A DNA stretch of 64,000 bases from an uncultured Rhodoferax sp. (GCA_964569855.1 CAZMXB010000002.1:18619-82618), one strand, 5' to 3'. Counted from the stretch's first letter, positions 20,558 through 29,591 are shown. The notes: a model not told the origin generated them from the sequence alone. Numbers and translations are program-made.

Positions 20558-21642
20558 ATGACATTGAACTTTATGACCGCCTGATGGAAGAGGCTGTCGG
20601 CAAGAAGCGACAAGTAAACTTCCGAGACAAGGATGGCCTTCGACTGTTCAAGTATAGTCGAGATGCCTTCTTCAGTCGTTCATGGTTGGATGAGAATAAG
20701 GACCTTGAGTTCTTGGTTCATGCCCGTGGAATTGTCTTCGAGATTGCAACAAAGAAGGTTGTTTGTCGGCCTTTCCAGCGGCTTGAAGAGCTTGATCTTG
20801 CTGAAATTAAGGAAGCTGGTGTGAGTGAAGTCATTGCTACCTATAAGGTGAATGGCTTCATGGCATCTGTTTGGTATCACGGAGGAAAATGGAATGTTTC
20901 GACGACTGGATCACTTGAGTCGCCGTTTGTGGATTTGGCAACCAAGGCTCTTAAGCAAAACGGAGTGCTTGCTGCGTTTGATGCTTTGGCCGAAAAATGG
21001 GTCTGGGGATCTCGTGAGACGATCGCCTATAAGGATGTTACATTTCTTTTCGAAATAGTCGATCAATCTGATCCTCATATCATTATGGAGCAGAAGGGTC
21101 GATTCGGGAATTCAGTGTGGCTTATTGGTGGAATATTGACTCGATCGAAAGAAACAGGACTAGGCACGATTTCTGGCTCTATGAATCGTCTGGCTCTGGA
21201 GGATGTTGAGTATCGATTGACCAGTAATGGCGCGATGATTTATCTTCCGCAGTCTTTTGATACTCCGGTTGCTGATCTTGAGGCGTTGGCGAATTCAATC
21301 CGTCACGAGGGTTACATGATTTCGGATATGAATGGAAAAACATTTGCCAAGTTCAAATCGCCATTCTATAAGATCCTCAAGTTCCTTGGTCGGTCAAAGA
21401 GATTGGCTAATGATGCCGGTGAAGTGTTTCCGATCGAGCATACCGCATGGACAAACAAGTTCACCGAGCCAATGTTCCATTTGGTCGAGTTGATCTTCAA
21501 GCATAATTTCCAGGCTTCTTTTGTCGCAATGGACGAGCATGAGCGGATTAAGTTCTTGACTGAGCGGCAGAATGAAATTGATTGGCGGGCATCAATGGAT
21601 GCCGGTCTCGCAGTGGAAGCGCTTAATTCTTTGAGGGTTTGA
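20554..21642 (+). CDS. RNA ligase 1-like (T4 Rnl1 family)
   Basis: LFKY, ARGIVF, KVNGF motif I, FEIV...DPHII, EGY, KFKS. Confidence 0.8.
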   Translation: MNDIELYDRLMEEAVGKKRQVNFRDKDGLRLFKYSRDAFFSRSWLDENKDLEFLVHARGIVFEIATKKVVCRPFQRLEELDLAEIKEAGVSEVIATYKVNGFMASVWYHGGKWNVSTTGSLESPFVDLATKALKQNGVLAAFDALAEKWVWGSRETIAYKDVTFLFEIVDQSDPHIIMEQKGRFGNSVWLIGGILTRSKETGLGTISGSMNRLALEDVEYRLTSNGAMIYLPQSFDTPVADLEALANSIRHEGYMISDMNGKTFAKFKSPFYKILKFLGRSKRLANDAGEVFPIEHTAWTNKFTEPMFHLVELIFKHNFQASFVAMDEHERIKFLTERQNEIDWRASMDAGLAVEALNSLRV

Positions 21643-22319
21643 TAATGGAGCAGAATGAGTCAATTGAATTTTTCAAACAAGGCTACAAAACACAAACATT
21701 CAGTGATGAGGTTTTTCAGAAGACTAAAGAGGACTTTGAGTCTTGGTTGGCTTCTTCGCCAAAGTTGATTCATTGCGATGATCCTGTCCTTCATTCACTG
21801 ACGGCAGAAATCCATCCACGGATGTTCACTGAAACTGATTTGGTTTCAAAGGCCGCTCAGATTTTGGTTGCCCAAGTAATGGCGATGAGAGCAGTTGGCA
21901 TCGCAGCGCCTCAGATGGGTTTGCCGTATGCGATGATTGTTGTTCCGACCAAGGACGATGCCACCGAGTTTCTGGTCGCATGTAATCCAAAAATGTTTGA
22001 GTCAAATGCCTCACTTAATTCCAAAAGGCACCAGACGGGAACAGAAGGGTGTTTGTCCTATCCATTTATCCAGACTACTGTTACTCGTTTGAGTGCCATA
22101 GAGGTTGATTTCTTGGACATCAAGGGTATCTCTAGATCCGGATCTACTGATGGATTTACGGCAGTTGTTTGGCAACATGAATATGATCATTTGATGGGCA
22201 TTGTGATGCAGGATCGAGTTTCTCCAATTCATTGGAGTTATGCCGTAGAGGATGGAAAGAGTCGCGAAAAGAAACATCGTCGGAAATTTAAGGAACTCAA
22301 CAAAGGAGTAATGAAATGA
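21639..22319 (+). CDS. def: Peptide deformylase
   Basis: GIAAPQ, EGCLS, QHEYDHL. Confidence 0.93.
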   Translation: MIMEQNESIEFFKQGYKTQTFSDEVFQKTKEDFESWLASSPKLIHCDDPVLHSLTAEIHPRMFTETDLVSKAAQILVAQVMAMRAVGIAAPQMGLPYAMIVVPTKDDATEFLVACNPKMFESNASLNSKRHQTGTEGCLSYPFIQTTVTRLSAIEVDFLDIKGISRSGSTDGFTAVVWQHEYDHLMGIVMQDRVSPIHWSYAVEDGKSREKKHRRKFKELNKGVMK

Positions 22320-22620
22320 GCTCGGCAATGATCACAATTATCATCAGGGATTTGTTCGGCATTCTCGTGAAAGAACGAATCGTATGCGGTCCGTCTATTC
22401 ATGACTGCCTTGACATTATTGAAGGTTCGAATTTTTCTCCTATGGCGGTGCGATTCTTTCATTATGTCGACCGTCAGGCGAACTCAATGTTTTTCCCGCA
22501 TATGGGAATTAGTTATGAAGAGGCAATTCCTGGTGGCACTTTGCTGATCACGGTTGATGCAGCGTAATTTACAATTCAGCATTGTGATATAATATTAAAT
22601 GAATTTAAGGAACGAATAAT

Positions 22621-23256
22621 ATGGCACGCACAATGCGAGTAAATCCAGCCAATGTCTGGATCACTTCTGATCTTCACTTTTTCCATAAGAACATTCTGAA
22701 GTTCCAGCCAAACCGCGCAGCTCAGTTCACCTCTGTTGATGAGATGAACGCTTTCATTGTTCGTCATATCAATGAGACGGTCGGTGAGAACGGAATTCTG
22801 TTCCATCTTGGCGACCTGAGCTTTGGTCGTGCAGATGAGACGATTGATTTGTTGGGTTCGATCAAGGTCCGCGAAGTCCATTCGGTATTTGGCAACCACG
22901 ACGACGAGGATCATATGTACAGCCTGGCTCGTCGTTTGTCTTTGGTTGGTTCGACAAAGTGGATCTTCCACGGAGAACGAATCACACTGAAGACTCAGAA
23001 GAACGAAGAGATGGTCTGTGATCATTTTCCTCTTCAGGTTTGGAACAAGAGCCATTATGGTACATGTTCGGTGCATGGCCACACACACGGGAGTCTGAGT
23101 AATGAAGGCTATGGTCGCCGATGCGATGTTGGATTTGATTCACCTCATGTGACCGGTAAGGCTGAGAATCGAATCTTCCGACTGGATGAAGTGTTCACAT
23201 ATTTGATGAGTCGTGAAATTGCTTATCATGATCACCATAAGCCCTCTTTGAGGTGA
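22621..23256 (+). CDS. Metallophosphoesterase
   Basis: SDLHFFH, HLGD, GNHD, HGHTH, DVG. Confidence 0.9.
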   Translation: MARTMRVNPANVWITSDLHFFHKNILKFQPNRAAQFTSVDEMNAFIVRHINETVGENGILFHLGDLSFGRADETIDLLGSIKVREVHSVFGNHDDEDHMYSLARRLSLVGSTKWIFHGERITLKTQKNEEMVCDHFPLQVWNKSHYGTCSVHGHTHGSLSNEGYGRRCDVGFDSPHVTGKAENRIFRLDEVFTYLMSREIAYHDHHKPSLR

Positions 23257-23307
23257 AAATTTACAATTCTTTTCACCGAAGTGCATCAAAAGGAGTATAG
23301 ATAGTTT

Positions 23308-23460
23308 ATGAAAAAGAACTCACCGACAATTCAATCTTATTCTCGTGGCGTTATCAAATCCGCCAAGGCCTATATTTCACTCTTTAATGGTGATTGGTCT
23401 GAGAAAACTGGCTTGGTTGAAGGATTTACAGAAAAGGGTATTGAAGGAACAAAGGTGTAG
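23308..23460 (+). CDS. 50-aa peptide downstream of TATAGATA motif
   Basis: Open frame between promoter-like motif (23296) and terminator. Confidence 0.4.
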   Translation: MKKNSPTIQSYSRGVIKSAKAYISLFNGDWSEKTGLVEGFTEKGIEGTKV

Positions 23461-23488
23461 CGGTTCGGGCCGACTACATCTGGTTACA

Positions 23489-23521
23489 AAAGAAAGGTCC
23501 GAAAGGACCTTTCTTGCTTTT
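23489..23521 (+). terminator. Intrinsic terminator
   Basis: AAGAAAGGTCC-GAAA-GGACCTTTCTT followed by T-run. Confidence 0.8.
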
Positions 23522-23605
23522 GGTGATCTAGGTGAACGCTTCAGAAGGTGGTGTACTGACCAGTTGGAACTTTCACCTAGGTGACCTGAAGATGGATGCA
23601 GAATT

Positions 23606-23824
23606 GTTTACAATCTCCGGTGAAATATCGCTGGACATCCAGGTTCGAAGGTGGTAAAATTGTTCTATCAGATGGAGAAACAGACCGAAAGGAAAGTTCC
23701 TCTGGATGATCTAGGAGATTCGGAGCCGCCACAGTGTTGGATCTGAGTTCCTAAGAAATAGGAGAAATTAAAAAATAAGTGTTACAATTCTTTGCTGGAC
23801 ATCGCGTAGAATTGGTGGTAAAAT
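23606..23824 (+). promoter_or_regulatory. Tandem early-type promoters heading the tRNA island
   Basis: Two TGGACA-N17-TAAAAT units, each with upstream TTACAAT. Confidence 0.75.
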
Positions 23825-23950
23825 TGCTACATCAGATGGTGGAAAGCGAAATGCCTCCACTTCAAAGAACAAGTTCTTAGTGGTACACAAAATTTATAGA
23901 CGTAACAATCAGAGCCGGTTGTGTCCTTCAATGGTCCCGCTGGTTCCAAT

Positions 23951-24024
23951 GGATAGGGTAGTTTAGTGGCGAGAACGCCGACCGTGGAGGTCGGAAACAG
24001 GAGTTCGAATCTCTTCCCTGTCCC
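23951..24024 (+). tRNA. tRNA-like, loop CGTGGAG (Pro TGG register with G33, or His-derived)
   Basis: GGATAGG/CCTGTCC acceptor, GTTCGAATC T-loop. Confidence 0.6.
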
Positions 24025-24029
24025 TCAAT

Positions 24030-24124
24030 GCTCTCGATAGTGTAAGTGCACACTGGGGCCATGTATCCTCATGAAGAGGAAAACAGTTCCGGAAGTCACC
24101 CTCAGAAAGGTGTAGAGAGCTCCA
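24030..24124 (+). ncRNA. tRNA-like RNA with greatly extended anticodon arm
   Basis: GCTCTC/GAGAGC-TCCA, GTGT/ACAC D stem, non-canonical T loop. Confidence 0.5.
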
Positions 24125-24126
24125 AT

Positions 24127-24199
24127 GACCTAATAGGTGTTGAGGGTGAGCACAGCTGGCTTGTGTCCAGAGGAGCGGTTCGAATCCGCAATTAGGTCC
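24127..24199 (+). tRNA. Atypical tRNA (His-like with shortened loop, or Thr TGT register)
   Basis: 8-bp GACCTAAT/ATTAGGTC, CTGG-CTTGTGT-CCAG, GGTTCGAATCC. Confidence 0.55.
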
Positions 24200-24294
24200 T
24201 CATTCTTGAGATTTTTGTTTGAAACGGTTAGGGCACCTGTAGTTGCTAGACACTGGCTCAGTAATACTAAGAAGTCTCAAGAATGATAAGTTTA

Positions 24295-24379
24295 CGGTCG
24301 TTGACAGAATGGTTATGTATCGGCCTCTTAAGCCGCGCTCGAAAGAGCAATCCGAGTTCGATCCTCGGGCGACCGACCA
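24295..24379 (+). tRNA. tRNA-Lys(CTT) with long variable arm
   Basis: CGGC-CTCTTAA-GCCG; GCTC-GAAA-GAGC arm; ACCA. Confidence 0.8.
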
Positions 24380-24383
24380 AAAT

Positions 24384-24461
24384 GGAGTCGATAGAGCGGT
24401 TCGAATCCGCCACAACCGGGGATAACGCCGGCCGTAGTGTAACGGTAGCACATCGACGCTT
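24384..24461 (+). ncRNA. Circularly permuted tRNA-like RNA (YrlA / Y-RNA-like)
   Basis: T-arm precedes D-arm; closed by GTCGAT/ATCGAC. Confidence 0.65.
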
Positions 24462-24469
24462 TATGTTTT

Positions 24470-24556
24470 GCCTAGGTGGTGGAATGGTATACACGCCGTC
24501 CTTAGAAGTCGGTTCCACGAAAGTGGTTGCAGGTTCAAGTTCTGTTCTAGGTACCA
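24470..24556 (+). tRNA. tRNA-Leu(TAG)
   Basis: Type II cloverleaf, CTTAGAA loop, ACCA. Confidence 0.88.
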
Positions 24557-24565
24557 AAGTTCACC

Positions 24566-24664
24566 GGAGATGGAAATGTAAGACCACACTGCGTGGTGGC
24601 TGGCCGTACACCAGCTCCTCCTTAAATGGAGGCATGAGCGCTAGCTACGCCGTAGTCTCCACCA
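24566..24664 (+). ncRNA. Non-canonical tRNA-like RNA (GTA loop, no TTC loop)
   Basis: GGAGAT/GTCTCC-ACCA; ACCAC/GTGGT, GCTGG-CCGTACA-CCAGC, CCTCC/GGAGG stems. Confidence 0.55.
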
Positions 24665-24675
24665 ATTTACAATAT

Positions 24676-24753
24676 GCACATATCGTCTAAATGGAAAAGG
24701 ATACTGGCCTTTCAAGTCGGGGAATGCGAGTTCGAGTCTCGCTATGTGCACCA
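24676..24753 (+). tRNA. tRNA-Glu(TTC)
   Basis: Cloverleaf, CTTTCAA loop, ACCA. Confidence 0.9.
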
Positions 24754-24766
24754 AATCAGTTTCAAT

Positions 24767-24827
24767 GCCGAATCCAGGCTGGATAGCCATAATATGGCGA
24801 AGTCGGTTCAACTCCGGTAGTCGGCGA
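24767..24827 (+). ncRNA. Miniature tRNA-like RNA
   Basis: GCCGA/TCGGC stem, GCCAT/ATGGC hairpin, GGTTCAACTCC T-arm. Confidence 0.45.
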
Positions 24828-24844
24828 TCTTAATTAATTTCAAC

Positions 24845-24918
24845 CAGTGCGAAGCTCAGTCTGGTCGAGTCCTCGGTTTGGAGCCGAGTGGTCGTTGGTT
24901 CAAATCCAACCGCACTGA
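24845..24918 (+). tRNA. tRNA-Pro(TGG)
   Basis: CTCGG-TTTGGAG-CCGAG. Confidence 0.9.
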
Positions 24919-24930
24919 TACAAATGCAAT

Positions 24931-25005
24931 TCCTAGGTAGGCTCAACTGGTAGAGTCACCGGCCTGTTAAGCCGAAGGTTGTTGGATCGTACCCAACCCT
25001 AGGAG
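24931..25005 (+). tRNA. tRNA-Asn(GTT)
   Basis: TCCTAGG/CCTAGGA, CTGTTAA loop, G73. Confidence 0.85.
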
Positions 25006-25015
25006 CACAAAATAT

Positions 25016-25090
25016 GTCTCACGAGCGAGTTGGATATGCATGGGCCTGTTAAGCCCCGATAACTGAGTTCGATTCTCAGGTGAGACGCCA
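25016..25090 (+). tRNA. tRNA-Asn(GTT), second copy
   Basis: GTCTCAC/GTGAGAC-GCCA, CTGTTAA loop. Confidence 0.85.
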
Positions 25091-25139
25091 AGGTAAGTTA
25101 ACATAGTTACAGTATAGATAAGTCAAAGAAGGAGAATAT

Positions 25140-25817
25140 ATGACCGTCTACACTGTTTACAAAACGACTAATCTAATTAACGGAATGTTCTATATTGGTG
25201 TGCATAAGACGAATAATCCGAATGACGACTATTTAGGTTCTGGATTATTGATTAGACGAGCATTAAAAAAATATGGGAAAGAATCATTCAAGAAAGAAAT
25301 ATTATTTGTGTTTGATTCTCGTAAAGAGGCATTTGCGAAAGAGAAAGAATTAGTAACTGAAGAAATTTTGTTGTCAGGTCTTTGTTATAATATACATTCA
25401 GGCGGTGATGGAGGATGGGATTTATCTGCTCACACTAAGAGAACTGAATTAAGACAATTAAATGAAGAATGGAAAAGACAAGAGTCAGAAAATTTCAAAA
25501 TAGCTGCAAGAAAAAGAGTTGAATCTGGAGAACATAATTTCCTAGGAGAATCTTTTTCTAGATTTTCTTGGAAAGGAAAATCTAGAAAAACATATTCAGA
25601 TAAAAGTTCTAAGTCAGTAGAAAATCAAAAAGGATTGAAAAACAGAGTTCCACGTGTTTTTTCTATTGAAACTAGAGAAAAAATGCGATTGGCCAAATTA
25701 GGTAAGAAAATGCCTGAAGAAACAAAACAAAAAATTTCAAGTACCGTATCTGGTAGAACAAAAACAGAAGAGCATAAAAGAAAAATATCAGACGCACTGA
25801 AAACTAGGGGCTCGTAA
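25140..25817 (+). CDS. Seg-like GIY-YIG homing endonuclease with NUMOD3-like repeats
   Basis: TVYKTTN..NG.FYIGVH...DDYLGSG; ETKQKIS repeats; AT-rich. Confidence 0.88.
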   Translation: MTVYTVYKTTNLINGMFYIGVHKTNNPNDDYLGSGLLIRRALKKYGKESFKKEILFVFDSRKEAFAKEKELVTEEILLSGLCYNIHSGGDGGWDLSAHTKRTELRQLNEEWKRQESENFKIAARKRVESGEHNFLGESFSRFSWKGKSRKTYSDKSSKSVENQKGLKNRVPRVFSIETREKMRLAKLGKKMPEETKQKISSTVSGRTKTEEHKRKISDALKTRGS

Positions 25818-25881
25818 TTCAATGGTAGAATATGTGACTTTTAATCACTCAACGAGAGTTCGATTCTCTCCGGGCCTACCA
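25808..25881 (+). tRNA. tRNA-Lys(TTT)
   Basis: GTGA-CTTTTAA-TCAC, ACCA; overlaps endonuclease stop. Confidence 0.88.
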
Positions 25882-25888
25882 AATCCTC

Positions 25889-25991
25889 TCCTTACTGACG
25901 AGTTTGGAATGATAGCTTGGCTGCATTAGGGTCCCACTGCAGCGTAAGGATCGAAAGATCTCTGGCCGTTTAGCCGGTTTTGTCTGACCCT
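25889..25991 (+). ncRNA. Unassigned pseudoknotted RNA
   Basis: TCCTTAC/GTAAGGA, GCTGCA/TGCAGC; loop AGGGTC complements GACCCT. Confidence 0.45.
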
Positions 25992-26001
25992 CAAAATTTA
26001 A

Positions 26002-26078
<77 letters not shown>

Positions 26079-26181
26079 AAGTTCCAAAGATGTCTAGGTT
26101 TGTCTGGTTTCCTAGGTCTGGACAATCCTGAATCATATCGGACGCGCATCACCGATTAAGAAAAATGTCGCTGAATTTAAC

Positions 26182-26255
26182 GCAGATGTGGTCTAAGGGT
26201 TGGGCCCCGTCCTTCCAAGTCGGAGATGAGAGTTCGAATCTCTTCATCTGCTCCA
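26182..26255 (+). tRNA. tRNA-Gly(TCC)
   Basis: CTTCCAA loop, TCCA end. Confidence 0.88.
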
Positions 26256-26261
26256 GTTTGA

Positions 26262-26336
26262 CGCGAGATATATTAATTGGCAGATTGCTGGCCTCATAAG
26301 CCGGCGGTGTGGGTTCAAGTCCCTCTCTCGCTACCA
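26262..26336 (+). tRNA. tRNA-Met(CAT), initiator-like (unpaired C1)
   Basis: CTCATAA loop, C1/T72 mismatch. Confidence 0.82.
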
Positions 26337-26344
26337 GTTTTAAT

Positions 26345-26419
26345 GGCTCTATCGTCCAATGCGCAGGACACTCGGCCGATTACCGAGGAATGAGGGTTCG
26401 AATCCTTCTGGAGCTACCA
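26345..26419 (+). tRNA. tRNA-Ile(GAT), C33
   Basis: CTCGG-CCGATTA-CCGAG, ACCA. Confidence 0.85.
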
Positions 26420-26791
26420 GGCTTTTGTTGTAGGTTCTTTGAATGCTAACGAACCTTCAAAGCGTTGTTCCGGCTATACGGAGCGCCAAGACAAACGTAA
26501 AAACCGACAAAGAAAGGAAGTGGAACGAGTAGCCAAGACAGCAACTTGGTGGCCTCACTTCTCTGTCCAGCAAATGGATGGCAGCCGTCGGGTGGCTCTG
26601 ATAGAGGCTCAAGAGCATACTTAAGGCTTACTGACGGTAACAGTCTAGAGAATGTCGAATACGGCATCCTGGTTTGGGCACGGAACATGAGTCCGCTCGC
26701 CCGTGGACGGCAATTGAATACGTATCAGCGAAAGCTGCTATCCGGATAATGTCCGTGCGTCTGGCCCAGCGATAATGGGACCAAGTTTTAA

Positions 26792-26867
26792 GGGGGATGG
26801 GACTGCTAGGGGTGGTCGCCGCACTTGCAATGCGGTTAACAGATGGGTCCGAATCCCATATCCTCCA
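26792..26867 (+). tRNA. tRNA-Ala(TGC)
   Basis: GGGGGAT/ATCCTCC with G3:U70; CTTGCAA loop. Confidence 0.85.
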
Positions 26868-26907
26868 CATTAGTATAGATAACATATCGAATCTATTATG
26901 GATTAAT

Positions 26908-27528
26908 ATGTCAGTCTATACAGTCTATAGGACTACCAATAAGCTTAACGGTATGTTCTATATTGGTGTACATAAAACCGCTGATCCAAATGATGATTAT
27001 TTGGGTTCAGGTAAGAGGCTTAGGTGCGCAATTAAGAAATATGGAGTAGAGAATTTTCAGAAAGAGGTGCTGTTTGTTTTTGAAATAAAAGAAGAAGCAT
27101 ACGCTAAAGAGAAAGAGTTAGTTACCCAAGACGTACTTGATTACGGAGCATGCTATAATCTGAAGCTTGGTGGAGAAGGTGGTTGGGATTTTGCTAATTC
27201 AAAAGGACTGAATACTTCAGGAAATAGGAATTACTTAAATGGATTTACTAAACCTGGTTCTAATGTTAACGAAATAAAATCAAAAATGTCAAATTCTCAT
27301 AAATTAACATATGTTAATGCGACAAGAAGAATATGTCCTCCTGATTGGACCGGAAAATTTCATTCAGAAGAAACAAAACAGAAAATTAGTAAATCTGCTA
27401 TTGGAAAACAAAAAGGTTCTAAAAATTCCCAATTTGGTTCTAAATGGATAACTGATGGAATCTTGAATAAGAAGATTAAGAAAGATCAAGAGATTCCGGA
27501 AGGTTGGAGAAGTGGTAGAGTAAAATAG
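26908..27528 (+). CDS. Seg-like GIY-YIG homing endonuclease
   Basis: Same N-terminal motif; HSEETKQK; KWITDG tail; start trimmed to ATG 26908. Confidence 0.88.
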   Translation: MSVYTVYRTTNKLNGMFYIGVHKTADPNDDYLGSGKRLRCAIKKYGVENFQKEVLFVFEIKEEAYAKEKELVTQDVLDYGACYNLKLGGEGGWDFANSKGLNTSGNRNYLNGFTKPGSNVNEIKSKMSNSHKLTYVNATRRICPPDWTGKFHSEETKQKISKSAIGKQKGSKNSQFGSKWITDGILNKKIKKDQEIPEGWRSGRVK

Positions 27529-27632
27529 CAGAAAGACATCCGGTGAGGCGTCTGATAAACGCCAGGACGGTGCGGTAAAAATCCGCCGAGAACAGGTGAT
27601 CTATGCGATAGTTAGATCACCAAGATTTTAAT

Positions 27633-27704
27633 AGGCTGTTCATCTAATTGGCAAGATTCCGAACTCCAAATCCGGACATGAGCGTTCGAGTCGCTTGCAG
27701 CCTG
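27633..27704 (+). tRNA. tRNA-Trp(CCA)
   Basis: AGGCTGT/GCAGCCT, CTCCAAA loop, G73. Confidence 0.85.
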
Positions 27705-27748
27705 CAATTTGTGTAATAGATAACAAACGTAAACAAAGAGAACCAAGC

Positions 27749-27943
27749 ATGTTGACTTTTGAGAAATACGAGGAATCTGGTTGGTTTGTTGTGTCACCGT
27801 TCAATATGAATTTGGGAAAGACATTTCTCTCAAAGAAAGAAGCTCAGGATTTTCTTAGACCTCTTAAGAAGTTTCCTCCTTTTGATAAGGCCAGAATTGT
27901 AGAAGGCTCTATTGACTCAAGAGGGTTTGTTACTCCGTATTGA
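27749..27943 (+). CDS. Small protein, possible internal head protein
   Basis: TAGATA motif upstream; N-terminus MLTFEKYEE. Confidence 0.55.
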   Translation: MLTFEKYEESGWFVVSPFNMNLGKTFLSKKEAQDFLRPLKKFPPFDKARIVEGSIDSRGFVTPY

Positions 27944-27960
27944 TGTACCATAGCTGTAGA

Positions 27961-28057
27961 TTCAGAAAGTTTAACTCAGTTGGTAGAGAGACACTTGATA
28001 GATTCTAGATTGAAATCAAGGTCGAATGCGCTGGTTCGAGTCCAGCAACTTTCTGAA
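27961..28057 (+). ncRNA. tRNA-like RNA with 11-bp terminal stem and expanded anticodon arm
   Basis: TTCAGAAAGTT/AACTTTCTGAA; canonical D and T arms; CTTGAT/ATCAAG around a 15-nt loop. Confidence 0.6.
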
Positions 28058-28221
28058 GTTTCGCACAGTCATAATTGAGGAGTAACTAATGAATATACGC
28101 GCACCTAAAACTAGATCCGAATGTATTATATTGGCGAAGATAATCTTAGCTCAATTGAGTATTATTCAAGGACATTTTGAAACAGCTTACGCCCTTTGTG
28201 AATTACAAGATTTGCAAAATA

Positions 28222-28273
28222 GAACCACTGATGAGCCTAGGAAATAGGCGAAACGGAGAAATCCGTCTGGTTT
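28222..28273 (+). ncRNA. Type I hammerhead ribozyme, predicted cleavage after C28267
   Basis: GAACCA-CTGATGA-GCCTA(GGAAA)TAGGC-GAAAC-GGA(GAAA)TCC-GTC^TGGTTT: complete core and three stems. Confidence 0.92.
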
Positions 28274-29110
28274 AGCACATCTCGATCGAAAGTGAAAAGA
28301 TGAAAGGATGTTGTACCGTAAGGTGCAGAAAGGTAGAATGCTTCCCAGACTACCGCCGAAAGGTCCATCTAAACAATCCTGCACAACTATGGGCCGCAAG
28401 CTCATTCCTCAGTCAAGTCGGGGATAATTGTGAAGGTGTGATAGGAAAAGTGTCCAAGGCCAACTGGTAGGAAGACACCTGGTGACTCGCAATCATCTAC
28501 TATAGCGAAACACATCGAACGATGAAGTTGAACATGAGGGTGATAAGTCTGAACTTTAGCGGGTAAAGGCGTTCACCAGGTTGTAAGGTTTTGGTTCTTC
28601 ATTAAGAGCCAAGAAGGTACAACTCATCGGAGTATGCTTAGCGGCAGAAAAGATACTAGGCGGCGTGGATTTGGTAGGCCAAAAGCTTATTGAACACAGG
28701 CAGCGCTCGTCTTCAGGAAGTTACGATTAGCTCATTGGTCGAGCAGTTCCCCTCTAAGGAATTGGGGCCGGTTCAATTCCGGCATCAAACTAAAAAGCAA
28801 AGTCGTTGCCGGTTATGACTGAAAGTAGCGTAATGCTTGACATCTTAGGATGAATCAAGCCATCAAAAGGCTCGCAAGGCTGAAGGATGTTCAAGGAAAG
28901 TCGCACATAGGGTGTAGCAGCCCGAACTGCTTGCAAGGTAGGTGGTAGACAGAACTTGGAATAGGTCATAACGACACTGGAATCGCCACCAGTATAAAAA
29001 GGCCGCTATGGTTGCTACCGCTTGGGCGGTGGATAAGGAGAGAATGGTTGCTCGCAAGCGATCGATAATGCTCTGAAAGACAACCAACGAAAGCTTTAGT
29101 CTCAGGCTTC
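28268..29110 (+). ncRNA. GOLLD-like giant structured RNA (~840 nt)
   Basis: No credible ORF, many GNRA hairpins, embedded tRNA, tRNA-array context, 3' end AAAGCTTTAGTCTCAGGCTT resembling my recollection of GOLLD. Confidence 0.7.
28720..28791 (+). tRNA. tRNA-like module (Arg TCT loop, weak acceptor) embedded in the large RNA
   Basis: TAGCTCA D arm, GTTCC-CCTCTAA-GGAAT, GCCGG-TTCAATT-CCGGC. Confidence 0.65.
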
Positions 29111-29181
29111 CGAAAGATTTACAAAGCTGTACTAGATGAGAATTTATGAAAATGTAAGTTCTCATCTAGTAAAGTTTCCGA

Positions 29182-29254
29182 CAGAGTGTAATGTAGTCTG
29201 GTAACATCCGAGACCTGGACTCTCGTATCGCAGGTTCAAATCCTGCCACTCTGA
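29182..29254 (+). tRNA. tRNA-Pro(TGG), C33
   Basis: CGAGA-CCTGGAC-TCTCG. Confidence 0.85.
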
Positions 29255-29264
29255 AAATTTCAAT

Positions 29265-29355
29265 GGGTGTGCTGAGCACTGGTGAGCTCCGCAAACTGTA
29301 AATTTGCTGCAATGTCAATAAGTCTTTGTATGTTCAATTCATACCGCGCCCACCA
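29265..29355 (+). tRNA. tRNA-Tyr(GTA)
   Basis: GCAAA-CTGTAAA-TTTGC, long variable region, ACCA. Confidence 0.85.
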
Positions 29356-29361
29356 ATTTAT

Positions 29362-29436
29362 AGCCCCGAAGTGTAATGGTTGCACGAACGCCTTTGAAGC
29401 GTTGAAGAGTTGGATCGAAACCAGCCGGGGCTTCCA
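29362..29436 (+). tRNA. tRNA-Gln(TTG)
   Basis: AACGC-CTTTGAA-GCGTT. Confidence 0.87.
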
Positions 29437-29441
29437 GTTAT

Positions 29442-29514
29442 AGCGAAGAAGAGCAAGTGGCTGAGCCGATACTCTCTGAAAGTATTGCAGTTGGATCGAA
29501 ACCAACCTTCGCTG
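29442..29514 (+). tRNA. tRNA-Gln(CTG)
   Basis: ATACT-CTCTGAA-AGTAT. Confidence 0.78.
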
Positions 29515-29591
29515 ATTCAAAGAGCTCCTTAAGGCTAATATCGACGGTGGAAGTCGATAAATCCTCAAACCAAGGAGCCAATTATTACAAT

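Noticed and set aside
25895-25960. CTGACGA...CGAAA as a second hammerhead
   Set aside because: The GAAA is the loop of a GATC-GAAA-GATC hairpin, and I could not build stems I and III or an NUH site
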